From Macrostomum lignano (Eukaryota), in contig NIVC01001720.1 in NCBI GenBank assembly GCA_002269645.1, forward strand, positions 1 to 48,497: a DNA stretch of 48,497 nt, in the 5' to 3' direction. The notes beneath the pieces are model-generated. The model was not told where the DNA came from, searched no databases, and worked only from the letters and a program-made list of their open reading frames with translations. How positions within the stretch are numbered: the first letter of the stretch is position 1; every line of letters begins with the position of its first letter. Shown piece by piece: positions 1-11,267 of this stretch. The translations under genes were made by a program, and so were the position numbers.

Positions 1-99
1 CCTTGAGAGCCAACCCCCAAGGCGCAGTGAAGATACCTAGCGATCAAATAAAGTTAGGGCTGCTGTATACTCCTCTGTGTGAGTGTATGCCTATGTACA

Positions 100-610
100 A
101 GATCCTAGAATTTTCGTCAACTTTTTTCGTCAACTGAGAGTTGATGAAAATTCATTGGTAGTTGGAATGTTCGTCAACTGCCAATAGGAACAATGGAATC
201 TTTGTCAACTACCAATAAGAAATGTGGAATTTTGTCAACTGGGTGCCACTTTAACTTATATGATATGTATTAAGTAAATTTATTAAACTTTATTGTCCAA
301 TAATTACTTGGCGGGAATTCAACCTGCCAGTCGCACCACATTTTACTTTTTACTGTTTATGTACCAACTCGTGAGTCATGTACATCTGCTAGCTAGTTCA
401 TGCTCAGATTGTAACGCACAACAACATTGCGTAATGGCAATCAACACATGTTGAATATGCAATATAGCGTACGCAATAAATTGTGCACAAAGGCAGTTCT
501 CCGATGCCTTCAGTCTGGCTGTGGAACTTTTGTCAACAGGCAGTGGAAGATTTGGAACATTCGTCAACCAAGTTAACGAAAAAAATGTTGACGAAAATTC
601 CATAAACCCT
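100..610. mobile_element. Probable MITE with imperfect terminal inverted repeats and GTCAAC subterminal repeats
   Basis: gaattttcgtcaacttttttcgtcaac (~108-133) is the near reverse complement of gttaacgaaaaaaatgttgacgaaaattcc (~572-601). GTCAAC motifs recur near both ends. No TSD identified. Confidence 0.4.
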
Positions 611-2398
611 GTGTACATATCCGCGCACTTTGTATTCTTGCTCAAGGGAGTCCACGGAATGGGCAGTAATGCCTCTTACCAGTTGTGTGCCTATGTTGCT
701 TAAAGTGCACCAGGGTGCACACAACCCCCCTGCCACTAATAAAAAAAATTAAATAAATAAAAAATGCTTCACTGGCTCAAATAATTAAAGCATATAAGCT
801 GTATACTGTATAGTCTAGAGGCTTAAGGACAAGGTTAAGAAGTATAAAATAGGCCTAGTATAGCTAGGCCATTATCAAGTCCCAATTAAAATTCTATAAT
901 CTTAATGCCTAATAATGTAATGGCCAATGCAAAATTTTTACCTGTTGCAACTGTAGCTTATAGTTGAGAAGGTTTTGTTCATTGTCATCACTCATTTTAG
1001 TATATTAAGCCTATGCTTATTGTTTAGTGTGCTTTTAAAGCTTGCAAAGTTATAATTATATATAATTATTATAATTTTACACAATATTTAGAATTAGACT
1101 AGAGTGCGAAACCGCTCGGCGACTAAACTAAAGTAAAGAAATATCAAAAAACTTTATAATGCAGTTTTCAATACAATTGAGGTCTTCCAACCAGCAATCT
1201 CTACAACGTTTATCGTCCTAAAATTTACTTAAATAGCTCAGGTCAGGGCTCAGTGGTTGCGCTCGCTGGAAATTTGCGCTACTAAAGCATTTCGATTGTA
1301 CGCCATTTAGAGCTTTTCTTAGAAAACTAACGGAAATTTATCTCGTTAATTTAGATGCTTTCCAAATACTTTATCAACCGTAGTGCCAGGCTCAGGCTAC
1401 CCATCCAAAAATCAATCATGATGATTTGCTCAATCTACTGAAAAAATTTAGGGATCATGGCGCGCTGGGGAACCGGAAAATCCCAAGTCTCAATTATAAA
1501 TTAGCATAAATCTAGTTCGTAGCAAAAAAGTAAAACATGTTTTGAAACACGTTTTAAATTTTCTCACAGCTAAAGAGCTAGGGATCAGTTGAACCCCCCA
1601 AAAAATACCGGATCCGCCCCGCGTATCATAACACGTTTATGCTAAAACAAGAAAATTTAAATTGATGATCAGTGTTTAAAATACAAGACATTACATTGCA
1701 TGTACATGAAGACGCGTGAATATTTCGCACACAGATTTTGTGCTGTTGTGTGATAAAAAATGCAAGCCCAATGCGAAATTCCGTTTATTTGGTTAATTGA
1801 AACAAGAATTTTACAGCAAAGAAACGATTGCAGCAAAAACTGCAAGCTGACAGAGCAACGGAGCAACTAGCTTTCGCGAAAAAAGACCGGGTGTTTTACG
1901 CTGACACATGTACGTATTGCATTAATTTACCTAAAACCGGTTTTAAATCCATCTGATACGAACAATGGACAACTCAGGAACTACTTAGTGTAAGAAGCGC
2001 ACTTGTCTTGTTAAAGAATTAACAAGATAGATAAAGAATTAATTCGGGGCTTGTTAACAAGACAAGTTAAAATGCAAACGTCTAAATAAGAGCAAAGGGA
2101 TTTTTTATTAATTTTATCTGCATGTATAAATCGAAAGCTCTAGGCTATTAAGAAGCCATGTATGTACTTGTACATGAGTTTCATATTGGGAATTAGGAAA
2201 TTTCTGACAAAAGCTTGGTTCATGTTACTAACCAGCTATACTAGCCTTCGGTATTCGAATTCCAAAGCGCGTTTTGGACTGCACTGTATAGGAGCTACTA
2301 CAGCTAGTGACAAATTGTACAGTATGAGATAAAAATAATTTGGACTGACTTCTATATCAGCAGTCCACCTTTCTGATGCATGCAAATCATCGCCCGAA

Positions 2399-5300
2399 TC
2401 ACGTCCTCTCGTGCCCAGCCAAGTGCGCCTTCAAGTCGGGCATGTTTTTGGCCACACGGGCGCACTGGTTGCACTTGAGCTCGCCAGCCTTGCTCAGGCT
2501 GGAGAACCAGGCCCTGTCTATGGCCAAACTGGCCGAGTGACCGCTGCCGCGAATGCCGAGTCGACCGCTGCTGATCAAGTGCTGCTGACGATGCTGCCGC
2601 GGCTCCTCCACAGTTGAAGCCACCTGACTGCTGTCCGCGGATTCCAGCAGCTGTAGCAGCAGACTACAGTCTAAGAAAAATTCTGTAGTGAATGACAGCC
2701 AGTGCTTCTTGGTCTTCAGACAGGTTGACACAAAGTCCTGGCTGATGACGTGCATGTGAAGCTGGCTGCGGGTGTTAGAGCAAGATAAATTAGAAGATTC
2801 AGATATTCTACAGGTCGGTGAGAACTCACTTGGCCACCTACCGGACTTTTCTGCCCGTCCCTGACATGCACACTTCGAATGTACAGCCAATCCTTTGCTA
2901 ATTGAAAGTTATTTTTTTGTTTAAGCCTAATTAATTACATAAAACTTAAAGAAACTGTCAATCGCCCTGAAGATGACTAATGTAGTCGAAAACGGCTCGG
3001 AAATGTTGATAACACCATTCATCTTTCTACTGCTTTAAAAAGAGCTTCTCCTCTTCGATTGCAGAGACCATTTAAAGTTGCGAATTAATCACGCACCCTA
3101 GGCTTATTTTTGTGTTACAAATATGAATAAAGAAGATGGACAAGAACAATTCACGAATAAAACTATTAAAGAAAACAAATTTGTTTTGATTTTGTACTGT
3201 TTGAGTGAAGTTTAAATCCTAATTTGGACAGAGGAGATGCCAGCAGGTACTCTGATTCTGATGCTTAACCCCCCCCCCCAGCTCTCACCTCATACTTGGG
3301 ACCGCATGAAATCCGAAACGAAAGCCTTTTGGCAGCAGATTATTTTCTGAAATGGCCATGCAGCGGTGTGGAAAATACACAGAAAAGCATACCGTTGTTG
3401 TTAGAGCTGTAATTACAAACAAAAACAGAGAACAGCTAGCACTGCGAGTTCGGCTTACCGGCAATGAAACTCTCAGCCGCAGCGAGCATGCGCTTCAGCA
3501 TTGACGCATCCGAGCGTTGCAGCTGTGCCAGCGAATCAATTTGCCGCTTGGGCAGCACCAGGTAGTGATGACGAGCCTGAAAACACAAGTGAAGCGGAGA
3601 GAGTTGGATGTCGAAGCATCTTTTGGGTTCGTTTTCACGAGAAAATTAAATTTTCACTCGCGTCGCCATGGATTTTATGGTGAGAGGACAAAGCCAAGAA
3701 TTCAGCATATACACTTGCATGACTTATGCTTAGTTTGACGCCTTGTGCCCTAGGACAATGGAAAACCGGATTGATTCGATGCTTTCTTCACCGGGCTTTT
3801 TCCACTTGCAGCTCTTGGAGACTTTTCCACAACGAAGTTGAAATCCTCACCAATCTGCTCAGCTACAATGGCTATCCTAAGAACTTTGTGATGAAAATTG
3901 TCAACTCTTTTCTCAATGACAAACTGACTGAACCTACTCGGATGAAAGTTTGTGATTCCACCTCTGAATGTCCCTTGATCACTTTGCGCTTACTTTGGTG
4001 TTTGTTCTATAGAGTTTAAAAAGAAGTTAGAAAAGCTGCTCCGTAAAGACTTAAACACTCAAATCCGTGTTGTGTTTCGCACCGAAAAGATTGCTAAGTT
4101 CGTCTGCAAGTTGAAATCCAGTGTTCTACGTCCTCTCGCGGCTGGTGTCGTGTATAAATTTGTTTGCTCTGAGGACCAGAGCATCTCCTACATAGGAAAA
4201 ACTAAACGACACTTATACACGAGGGTCAGAGAGCACTAGCTAAAAAACTCTGCTATTAATGAACACCTGCTAACCTGCAGATCTTGTTGTGAGGCTGAAC
4301 CACACGAAATGATAAAGACTATTGATTTTTGTAATAGAGATTACATGCTCTGCCTATTAGAAGCCCTGTACATTAAGACCAAACAGCCCAATCAATACTG
4401 TATAAAAAATTGACTAAAATGTACAAGTTTTAAACCATCAATTAAAAACTCAATTAAATTACTCTTGTTACTCTCAACTATCTTCTTATATACTGAAAAT
4501 TCGTTCAAATTGTTTCTTAAATAAAAAGACCCTGACGATGTCCTCATGCAAATGAACGAAATGCATCGGCAATAAAACTAAATAAATACAATTTATGTTG
4601 ATTCTTACTTTTATTTATCTTGCATGACTAAATTTGTACATGTACATTATTTTGAGAATCGGTGTTGTCAGCGCTCATTTATACATACACCGCAGGCACT
4701 CAATTTAGCGCCGCAGGCTCTCATTTTGGCACCGCAGGCACTCATTTTAGCGCCGCAGGCACTCATTTTAGCGCCGCAGGAACTCATTTTAGCGCCACAG
4801 GCACTCATTTTAGCGCCACAGACACTCACTTTAGCGCCACAGGCACTCATTTTAGCGCCACAGACACTCACTTTAGCGCCACAGGCACTCATTTTAGCAC
4901 CACAGGAACTCATTTTAGCGCCGCAGGCACTCATTTTGTCGCCTTGAAGTAAAATTAGTAATTTCCACGACGGGTCACAAGGTGGTGTGGGGGGACAAAG
5001 CATCGGCATGTCCCTCCTATAGCTTTTACAGGAGGAAATGCCCCCCCCCCTGTCGGGTGGCGACGTCCTTGTTCACATCGACAAATCTAGCTAGAAATTG
5101 TCACTCCTGCTATCTAGAAATTGTCACTCCTGCTATCTAGAAATTGTCACTCCTGCTATCTAGAAATTGTCACTCCTGCTATCTAGAAATTGTCACTCCT
5201 GCTATCTAGAAATTGTCACTTTCGCTAGCTAGAAATTGTCACTCCTGCTATCTAGAAATTGTCACTCCTGCTATCTAGAAATTGTCACTCCTGCTATCTA

Positions 5301-7338
5301 GAAATTGTCACTTTCGCTAGCTAGAAATTGTCACTCCTGCTATCTAGAAATTGTCACTCGTACTATCTAGAAATTGTCACTCCTGCTATCTAAAAATTGT
5401 CACTTGCTAGCTAGAAATTTTACGAGTTCCGACAAGGTGAAAATTTGAGCGTTTAAAATTTTGTACCACGAGAGAATTGTGGAGACAATTTTTTGCTGCG
5501 CCAAAACGAAGCAAACCAGGCACGCAAAGTTCAAGAAAACGGCTTAAATTTTTGTTGAACACCTCAAACAAGAGCAGATTCAGTAGATCTCAATGCACCA
5601 ATCAGCTCTGCGCCCCACTGCGGCTTTGTCAAGCCTCCAAATTTCATCATCACGTCGACTACACTATGTGTCTGCATTATCTAGGACTTTCGCGACCAAC
5701 AGGTTTTACCCAGGCAGAGCTTGCGGACATTCAACAGATGGCACCAGGTGACTATGGACACCCTGTTGCCGAGTTCACTGCTCAAACCTCGTTATTTGGC
5801 AAAGCTCAACTCATTGACATCATCAACTGGCCTCTCAAACAATCAGGCATCATCCCGATGACGTCTTGGTGGTGACTAAATAAGCGTGAGAAGCGTTTAA
5901 TATGCGGTTAATATAACTTTTTGCACGCCATTTAATACTACGAGCAAGCAATTTAATAATCAGTGGGGAAACCCAGCGCTAAATGATGGATTTCTCAGTA
6001 CTCAATGGTCCAAACCATGGGCTTTGGAGCAACCAATTTAATAATCCGAGCACCTAGTTAGTCATTTCCAGTGTTACTTGTGCCGCATTGGCTGGATGCA
6101 TTCAACATACACTGTAGTAGAAGACGGAGAAAGCTTTGTCACTGCTGATGAAGCGCTAGAAGAGCAAGATCATGCAGCACCATGGCTTCACTGTTGACGC
6201 TAAGAAATTTGCAGAACACCATGGTCTCGAGGGAAGCCACAATAAGCAAAAGCCTAGACAAGCAGTTAATCACTCTGAAGTGCCTGGGAAGAGATGCGGA
6301 CATGCCGGTGGTGTGGAACTTGCCAGAGAACATAGCACGGAGGCAGGAATTGGCACAGTGGCTGACTGATCTGACTTTAGAATGTCATCTGATCTATGTT
6401 GATGAAAATCATCCAGGAGGTTTCACCGGATCTTGGCCTGGTTCACCATAAGATCGTGAGCCAAACACCGACTGCCAACCTATTACAGGTGTTCATCGAG
6501 GAGCTGCTCAACTCGGTCAATAATCTGAAGGCGTCAACAGTGGAGCCACGGTGCTGCATGATTTTGCTCTCCTCAGAAGTGACAAAGCTTCTCCGTCTTC
6601 TTCAAAAAGCTCGCTGGCTTCCTCGTCTTCTACCATGTTGAATTCGAGCGTCTATTTGCAGCCAATGCGACACAAGTAGCACTGGAAATGACTAAATGGG
6701 TGCTCGGATTATTAAATTGGTTGCTCCAAAGCCCATGGTACTGAGAAATCTATCATTTAGCCCTGGGTTTCCCCACTGATTATTAAATCGCTTGCTCTCA
6801 ACATCAAATGGCTTGCAAAAAGATATATACCTTGCCAATTCCAATGCTAGTTATTATTATTTACTAATATAAAACTAAACAATAAGAAAATTACCTTCGG
6901 ATATTTGTCTGCTATTATAACGCAGACATCGTCCGAGAACAGCGCTTGTCCGTCCGCCTGCATGGCTGACTTCAGCCCGTTCTGCCAGCCAAACTGAACT
7001 GGGCCTTTGCTGGCAACCGTCGCAGCAGTCATAGCCGGCTTGGAAGTCTTGATGGCTGGCTCGGCAAGCTCTGCAGGTGAAGTTGATGATGAAGATGACA
7101 ACGATACTAGTGCGGCATCGCTGAGCTTTCGCTTCCCTGACGGTCTTTTGTCGTTCATTAAAAGCCTCCAGTAACCGCGATAGGGTAGTTTTCGCTGAAA
7201 ATGGAATATTAAACTGAATGAAGAGCAAAGAACAAAGATACATGTATACTTACCCAAGCTACTTTTTTATCAACAGTTGCATGCGGTAGCTATAGATTCC
7301 TCAGCACTTACAATACCAAGAGCGCAGAAAATACGCAT
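2399..7338 (-). CDS. APTX: Aprataxin (HIT-family DNA 5'-AMP hydrolase with C-terminal C2H2 zinc finger, no FHA domain)
   Basis: Exons read by eye, all with GT-AG ends and compatible phases: 7338-7312 (optional), 7194-6895, 3576-3459, 3346-3289, 2765-2399. The translation gives WQNGLKSAM..DDVCVIIADKYPK|ARHHYLVLP..|..FRFGFHAVPSMS|QLHMHVISQDF..CLKTKKHWLSFTTEFF..LKCNQCARVAKNMPDLKAHLAGH, matching aprataxin motifs. 289 aa from ATG 7338, or 268 aa from ATG 7158. Confidence 0.92.
2963..3000 (+). ncRNA. Minimal hammerhead-ribozyme-like motif (Penelope type), probably degenerate
   Basis: cc-CTGAAGA-t-GACTA-atg-TAGTC-GAAA-acggc-TC-gg. Conserved core, perfect 5-bp stem II and 2-bp stem I, but no palindromic stem III. 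Confidence 0.45.
3700..4400 (+). mobile_element. 5'-truncated, decayed Penelope-like retroelement (RT C-terminus + GIY-YIG endonuclease)
   Basis: WKTGLIRCFLHRAF..LLSYNGYP (post-RT region), then at 4141 AGVVYKFVCSEDQSISYIGKTKRHLYTRVREH*..AINEHL..LEALYIK (GIY-YIG) with an in-frame stop and a frameshift. Lies antisense inside an APTX intron. Confidence 0.85.
4528..4576 (+). ncRNA. Minimal hammerhead-ribozyme-like motif at the 3' end of the Penelope fragment
   Basis: cc-CTGACGA(4532-4538)-imperfect stem II (tcat/atga)-GAAA(4558-4561)-TGCA-TC-gg, followed directly by AATAAA. ATGCAT is the palindromic stem III expected of minimal dimeric hammerheads. Confidence 0.55.
4690..4942. repeat. 21-bp minisatellite, ~12 copies
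   Basis: Unit CGCAGGCACTCATTTTAGCGC with variants. Confidence 0.95.
5092..5415. repeat. 23-bp minisatellite, ~14 copies
   Basis: Unit TAGAAATTGTCACTCCTGCTATC, with variant TAGAAATTGTCACTTTCGCTAGC at copies 6 and 10. Confidence 0.95.
5913..6826 (+). mobile_element. Internally deleted Tc1/IS630-like DNA transposon with long (~200 bp) TIRs
   Basis: Left arm ~5913-6110 is an imperfect reverse complement of right arm ~6640-6826 (e.g. ctttggagcaaccaatttaataatccgagcacc / ggtgctcggattattaaattggttgctccaaag). TA at both edges. The internal remnant reads NLPENIARRQELAQWL..LIYVDE, resembling the first catalytic Asp region. Confidence 0.7.
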
Positions 7339-8573
7339 CTCTATTACAATTTAATAAACAAAATGATCCAAGCATTTATCTACATGAATTCGCTGATATT
7401 TCTACTGACTTGTTCAGCCAGAGGATTAGACTAGCTACTTAGCATTTTAAAAATCGGCATCACATCCCATAGAAGTTCAGAAATTCCCGGATTAGTAGTA
7501 CTCCTTGAATTTTCTGTGAGCAAAACAAAAAATGAAGTTTTAATTTAGAGGGTTAATTAAGTAATACACCAGCATAGAAGCAAGAGGAGGCTGTGACGGT
7601 GTCACTTTGGTCGTTATCCTATTTGAGGGTTAATCACTTATTGCTTTCTGTAATCTTTGGAGCATCTATTAAAATATGTAATTTAACATCTTCTTGCGTT
7701 GCTTAAGAAAAGTTTGCAAGTAGCGTAGCAACTTGGCTGACATTTGTTTTACTAATTAAGGGTTGCGTTTTATATAAAATACAATTTATTGAATCGGGTT
7801 TCTTTCCAAGCGTGCGTCGTGCGGAGCTCAGAGCGAGTGGCCGTTGCCTATTGCACTCCATACATTTGACTTGATAGATCGATAGTAACTTCATATATCT
7901 GCGTAGGTCACTACGACTATATATACATTGATTAGCTCATTAGAAGTTGGATTCAAACTCAATTTGCATTAATCTGAGTTCGCCTAGGATTCAGGTGCTA
8001 CCGCGCCACACGATCGCTGGAAGTTCCCATAGTCACATTAAGCTAATAGCGTTAACTCTCAACCCAATCGCGCCTTTATCTGGCTTTGTTATTTGGTATT
8101 TTTTGTCAAAAGGCATACTTAAATATAAACAATACCAAATAATTCAAACTTTTCTGTCAATACGACCAATTATTGTTTTTAAATTCAAAGCGTATCGAAA
8201 GCTCGTGACTATTATTTTCTATATAATACACACTTATTAGCGTTACCCAAATTAATTACTAATAACTTAGTGCTTCAATGTTTTATCGGAAGACAGAACA
8301 CAGGTTTGATAGACAGTTGAACACATTTTACAGCTGCTAGGTCAGAAAGCATGACGGACTGTGACAGATTTTCATGCCATGCAGCTCAAACCGTGCTTTG
8401 AGACGCTTTTTTGGCGAATGAAAGCCACGAAAAAAACAAAATACGAAGTGCAATCTGGCAAATAAAAATTACAAGGTTCAAATGTTTTAATGAGCACGGA
8501 GGCACTTAAACGTTTTCAAAGCATACAGACAATTCTTAAGAGACTAACTTACACCTAAATCAAAGAAAGGAAA

Positions 8574-9018
8574 GATGATGTGAACTCATGAGTCAAAATG
8601 GAACCCGAAACATTGGGTCCCGATTTCTCCACGCCAATCCCTTCATTCGGAGCCAAATAGCTCCCGTTATGCCAAAAACCGACCACTTTAGAATCTGGGA
8701 ATCTCTATGGGGAGAAAGGGGATAAATGGGGATTTCACGATATAAAAGTGCGAAAATGATGTTCACCACCCTCCGTCTCGGAACGTCGGGTTAAACTCCA
8801 CTTCGACGAGGTAGAAATCGTCTGTCTAAAATGTGTGATACAAACCGGCCCCCTTTGACGCTATTTATGTCTCCATCAAGGTGGGGAAACTCGACAAAGA
8901 GCGTTAATCATGGTCATCTCGTCATTTAAGCACTTGAAGCTCCAAATGAAGAGATTGGCGTAGAGAAATCGGGACCCAATGTTTCGGGCTCCATTCTGAC
9001 TCTCAAATTCACATCCCC
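8574..9018. mobile_element. MITE with ~80-bp terminal inverted repeats
   Basis: gagtcaaaatggaacccgaaacattgggtcccgatttctccacgccaatc (~8590-8640) versus gattggcgtagagaaatcgggacccaatgtttcgggctccattctgactc (~8953-9003). TSD not resolved. Confidence 0.75.
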
Positions 9019-9237
9019 TTTGTCGACAATTATTAGTAGTTACAATATAGTTGATACTCGGAGATACGTCTAAATGGCGAATTACTGTTCAGATAAAAAA
9101 TTCTTAGTCAATAAGCTGAAGAGGTTCCAATTATTTCATGAGCTGACTACTGAAGGCTTTTTTTTACAAAAGCACAGATAATATAATTACTAGATGCAAC
9201 ATTAAAAACATTATAGTAACAAGAATTTCTAAAAAAG

Positions 9238-10371
9238 CTAAAGCCTTCTTAAACACCGAAGACAGGCCTCCTTGTTGGGAATTTCTTCCGTCACAGCCAT
9301 ATCAAGCGGTGTCTTGTAGCCATCCAGACCCTCACATTCGCTGTCACGAAATTTAGGATTCGCGCCATGCTTCATCAGCAGAGAAATCAGCTCAGGGTTT
9401 CCCGCTCTCACCGCAAAGTGCAGAGCGGTCAGACAGGTCGAGTGCTGCTTGAAGTGAACATCAACTGACCCGTTCTCAAGCAGCCACTTGCACACCTCAA
9501 ACTGGCCCTTCTGCACGCCCAGCATCAACGGAGTCAATAAGTTGCTGCTTTTAAAACACGCATCAAAATTTAGCTGCAATTGTGGCTTGGCATTACGACA
9601 GAAATTATGCAGGCTAGCAAGCATTTCAACCTTTCCAGCAGATAAAATATAATGAAGCGGTGTGTACTTCTTTCTATCAGTCATTTCGAATGCTTCTTTA
9701 ATTTGAGACAAGTCTATTTGTTGGGAATTTCTTTGAATATGATTCTTCATCACGGAAAAAATTATTTCAAGGGACTCATCAAATCTGAGCTCCGTGCACC
9801 TGTGAAACACACTTTTGCCTTCATTGTCGAAGCAGCGATAAATTATAGTCCGATCGAAATTCAGGAGTCGCTCAAATATGTCAGCAAAGTCGCGACTGTT
9901 CAGATGCACAGCTAGCATCATCAACGTGTGCCCATACCGAGGATTTCTGTATCCAAGCAGTCTGTCCAGCGACCCAACTCGTTCAGCCTCATTCAGCATC
10001 ATTTTCGCTGCAGCTCCATTGCCTGATTCCAGTGCTGCTTCGATCGGAATGTATCCAGTTCGATCTGGCCTAAACAGCATTGACGGAATCTGGCTGACAA
10101 TCCACTCTACTGTGCTGCTAGCGTCACCTGACTCGGCATACTTTTCAAGGCCGAGCTTCACAATGCCAGGGTACTCCGCGAACTCTTTTTATATGTTAGG
10201 TGGCATCTTACAGAATGCCTGCAGCACTTGGCCAGCTGATTGATCAGACAGTTTATCCTGAGGTCCCGAGTCGCCTTGCTGAGAAGGCCACGAGTCGATG
10301 CTGCTGAAGACATCAAGAGCTTCTAGAGAGGAAAAGTCGAAAAAAGGTCGGTCTGACTTATCTGCCGACAT
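9238..10371 (-). pseudogene. Ankyrin-repeat gene copy 1, one in-frame premature stop
   Basis: ORFs 10371-10189 and 10161-9238 are in the same frame, separated by TAA at 10191-10189 where copies 3/4 have CAG (Gln). About 7 ANK repeats (TPLHY, TPLML, TALHFAV..GADP). Confidence 0.8.
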
Positions 10372-11267
10372 GCAAGAGAATTTGTAGCTGTTAATTCCGA
10401 AAGCCGTTTTAGATGAAATCTATTTGTCAGATTTTTCAATTGGAGATCATGGCGATTTCAGCGCTGAAATGTGAAGAATTCGTTTCACTTGATTTTGAGA
10501 GCTCACACAGTCTGTAACTACGATTTTTTATGACTCGTTTGATCGCAGTGTGAACAATATTTTATGAACCATCGCTGCTTTTTCTTAACTTGAAAACGAA
10601 GTTTTTTAGAAACTGAAGGAAAGTATTATTGCAGAGAGACAGTTCGCACAAGCTACTTTGATATCATGTGAACGATATATTCATAAAGCAGCGTATAATC
10701 ACACGCCTGCATACGTTTCAGTTTAAAAACTGACTCGTATTAATAAGTTTTTGGAATTGGGAATTCAACGAATTAGACAAAAATGTTATTTGAGCAACTT
10801 TGAAAGGGATTAAAGGTGTGTACCTAAAAAGAAAGGAGAAATTATTCTTAGGAGGAGTAAAACCAAATGGGATTAATAACTTAAGAATGTTAAATATTTT
10901 CAATTTCAATCAAAGGCACATTAGTAGCACTTTATAACATACACAGACTATGTTGTTAGGTTGTACAGCGAATTTTTTGATGGGTTGCATTCAGGATAAA
11001 TTTTGTTTTCCTGCAATAATCCGCTGAAAAATTATAGAAAAGCTACTCAGCAGTCTCAGCTGTAAGCTATTCTAGCAATCTCGGGACACGAAACTCTTGC
11101 TCGTATAAACAATGCACTGTCAACACCGCATACATAAGGACGACATTTTTACAAACAAAAATCCGGTTTGCTCGTACAAATTGAATCAGCAGGTTATATA
11201 AAAGTAAGCTCCTTAACTGAAACAAATTGCGTAGCTAAATGTATGAGCCTTATACATACATTTCTCA

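Noticed and set aside
4624-5009. Repetitive ORFs (LILAPQA)n, (THFSAAG)n, (GAKMSAC)n
   Set aside because: Open frames produced by a stop-free 21-bp minisatellite inside an intron.
5092-5415. CRISPR-like appearance of the 21-23 bp arrays (also 4690 and 47405)
   Set aside because: Units are contiguous with no unique spacers, there are no cas genes, and the context is eukaryotic.
7703-7894. Short ORF with IYQVKCMECNRQ, reminiscent of a GIY-YIG start
   Set aside because: No YIG motif or other supporting residues follow.
10189-10191. TAA read as Gln (alternative nuclear code)
   Set aside because: TAA terminates other genes here (ankyrin copies 2 and 4, WSC copy B) at the expected positions, so the standard code applies.
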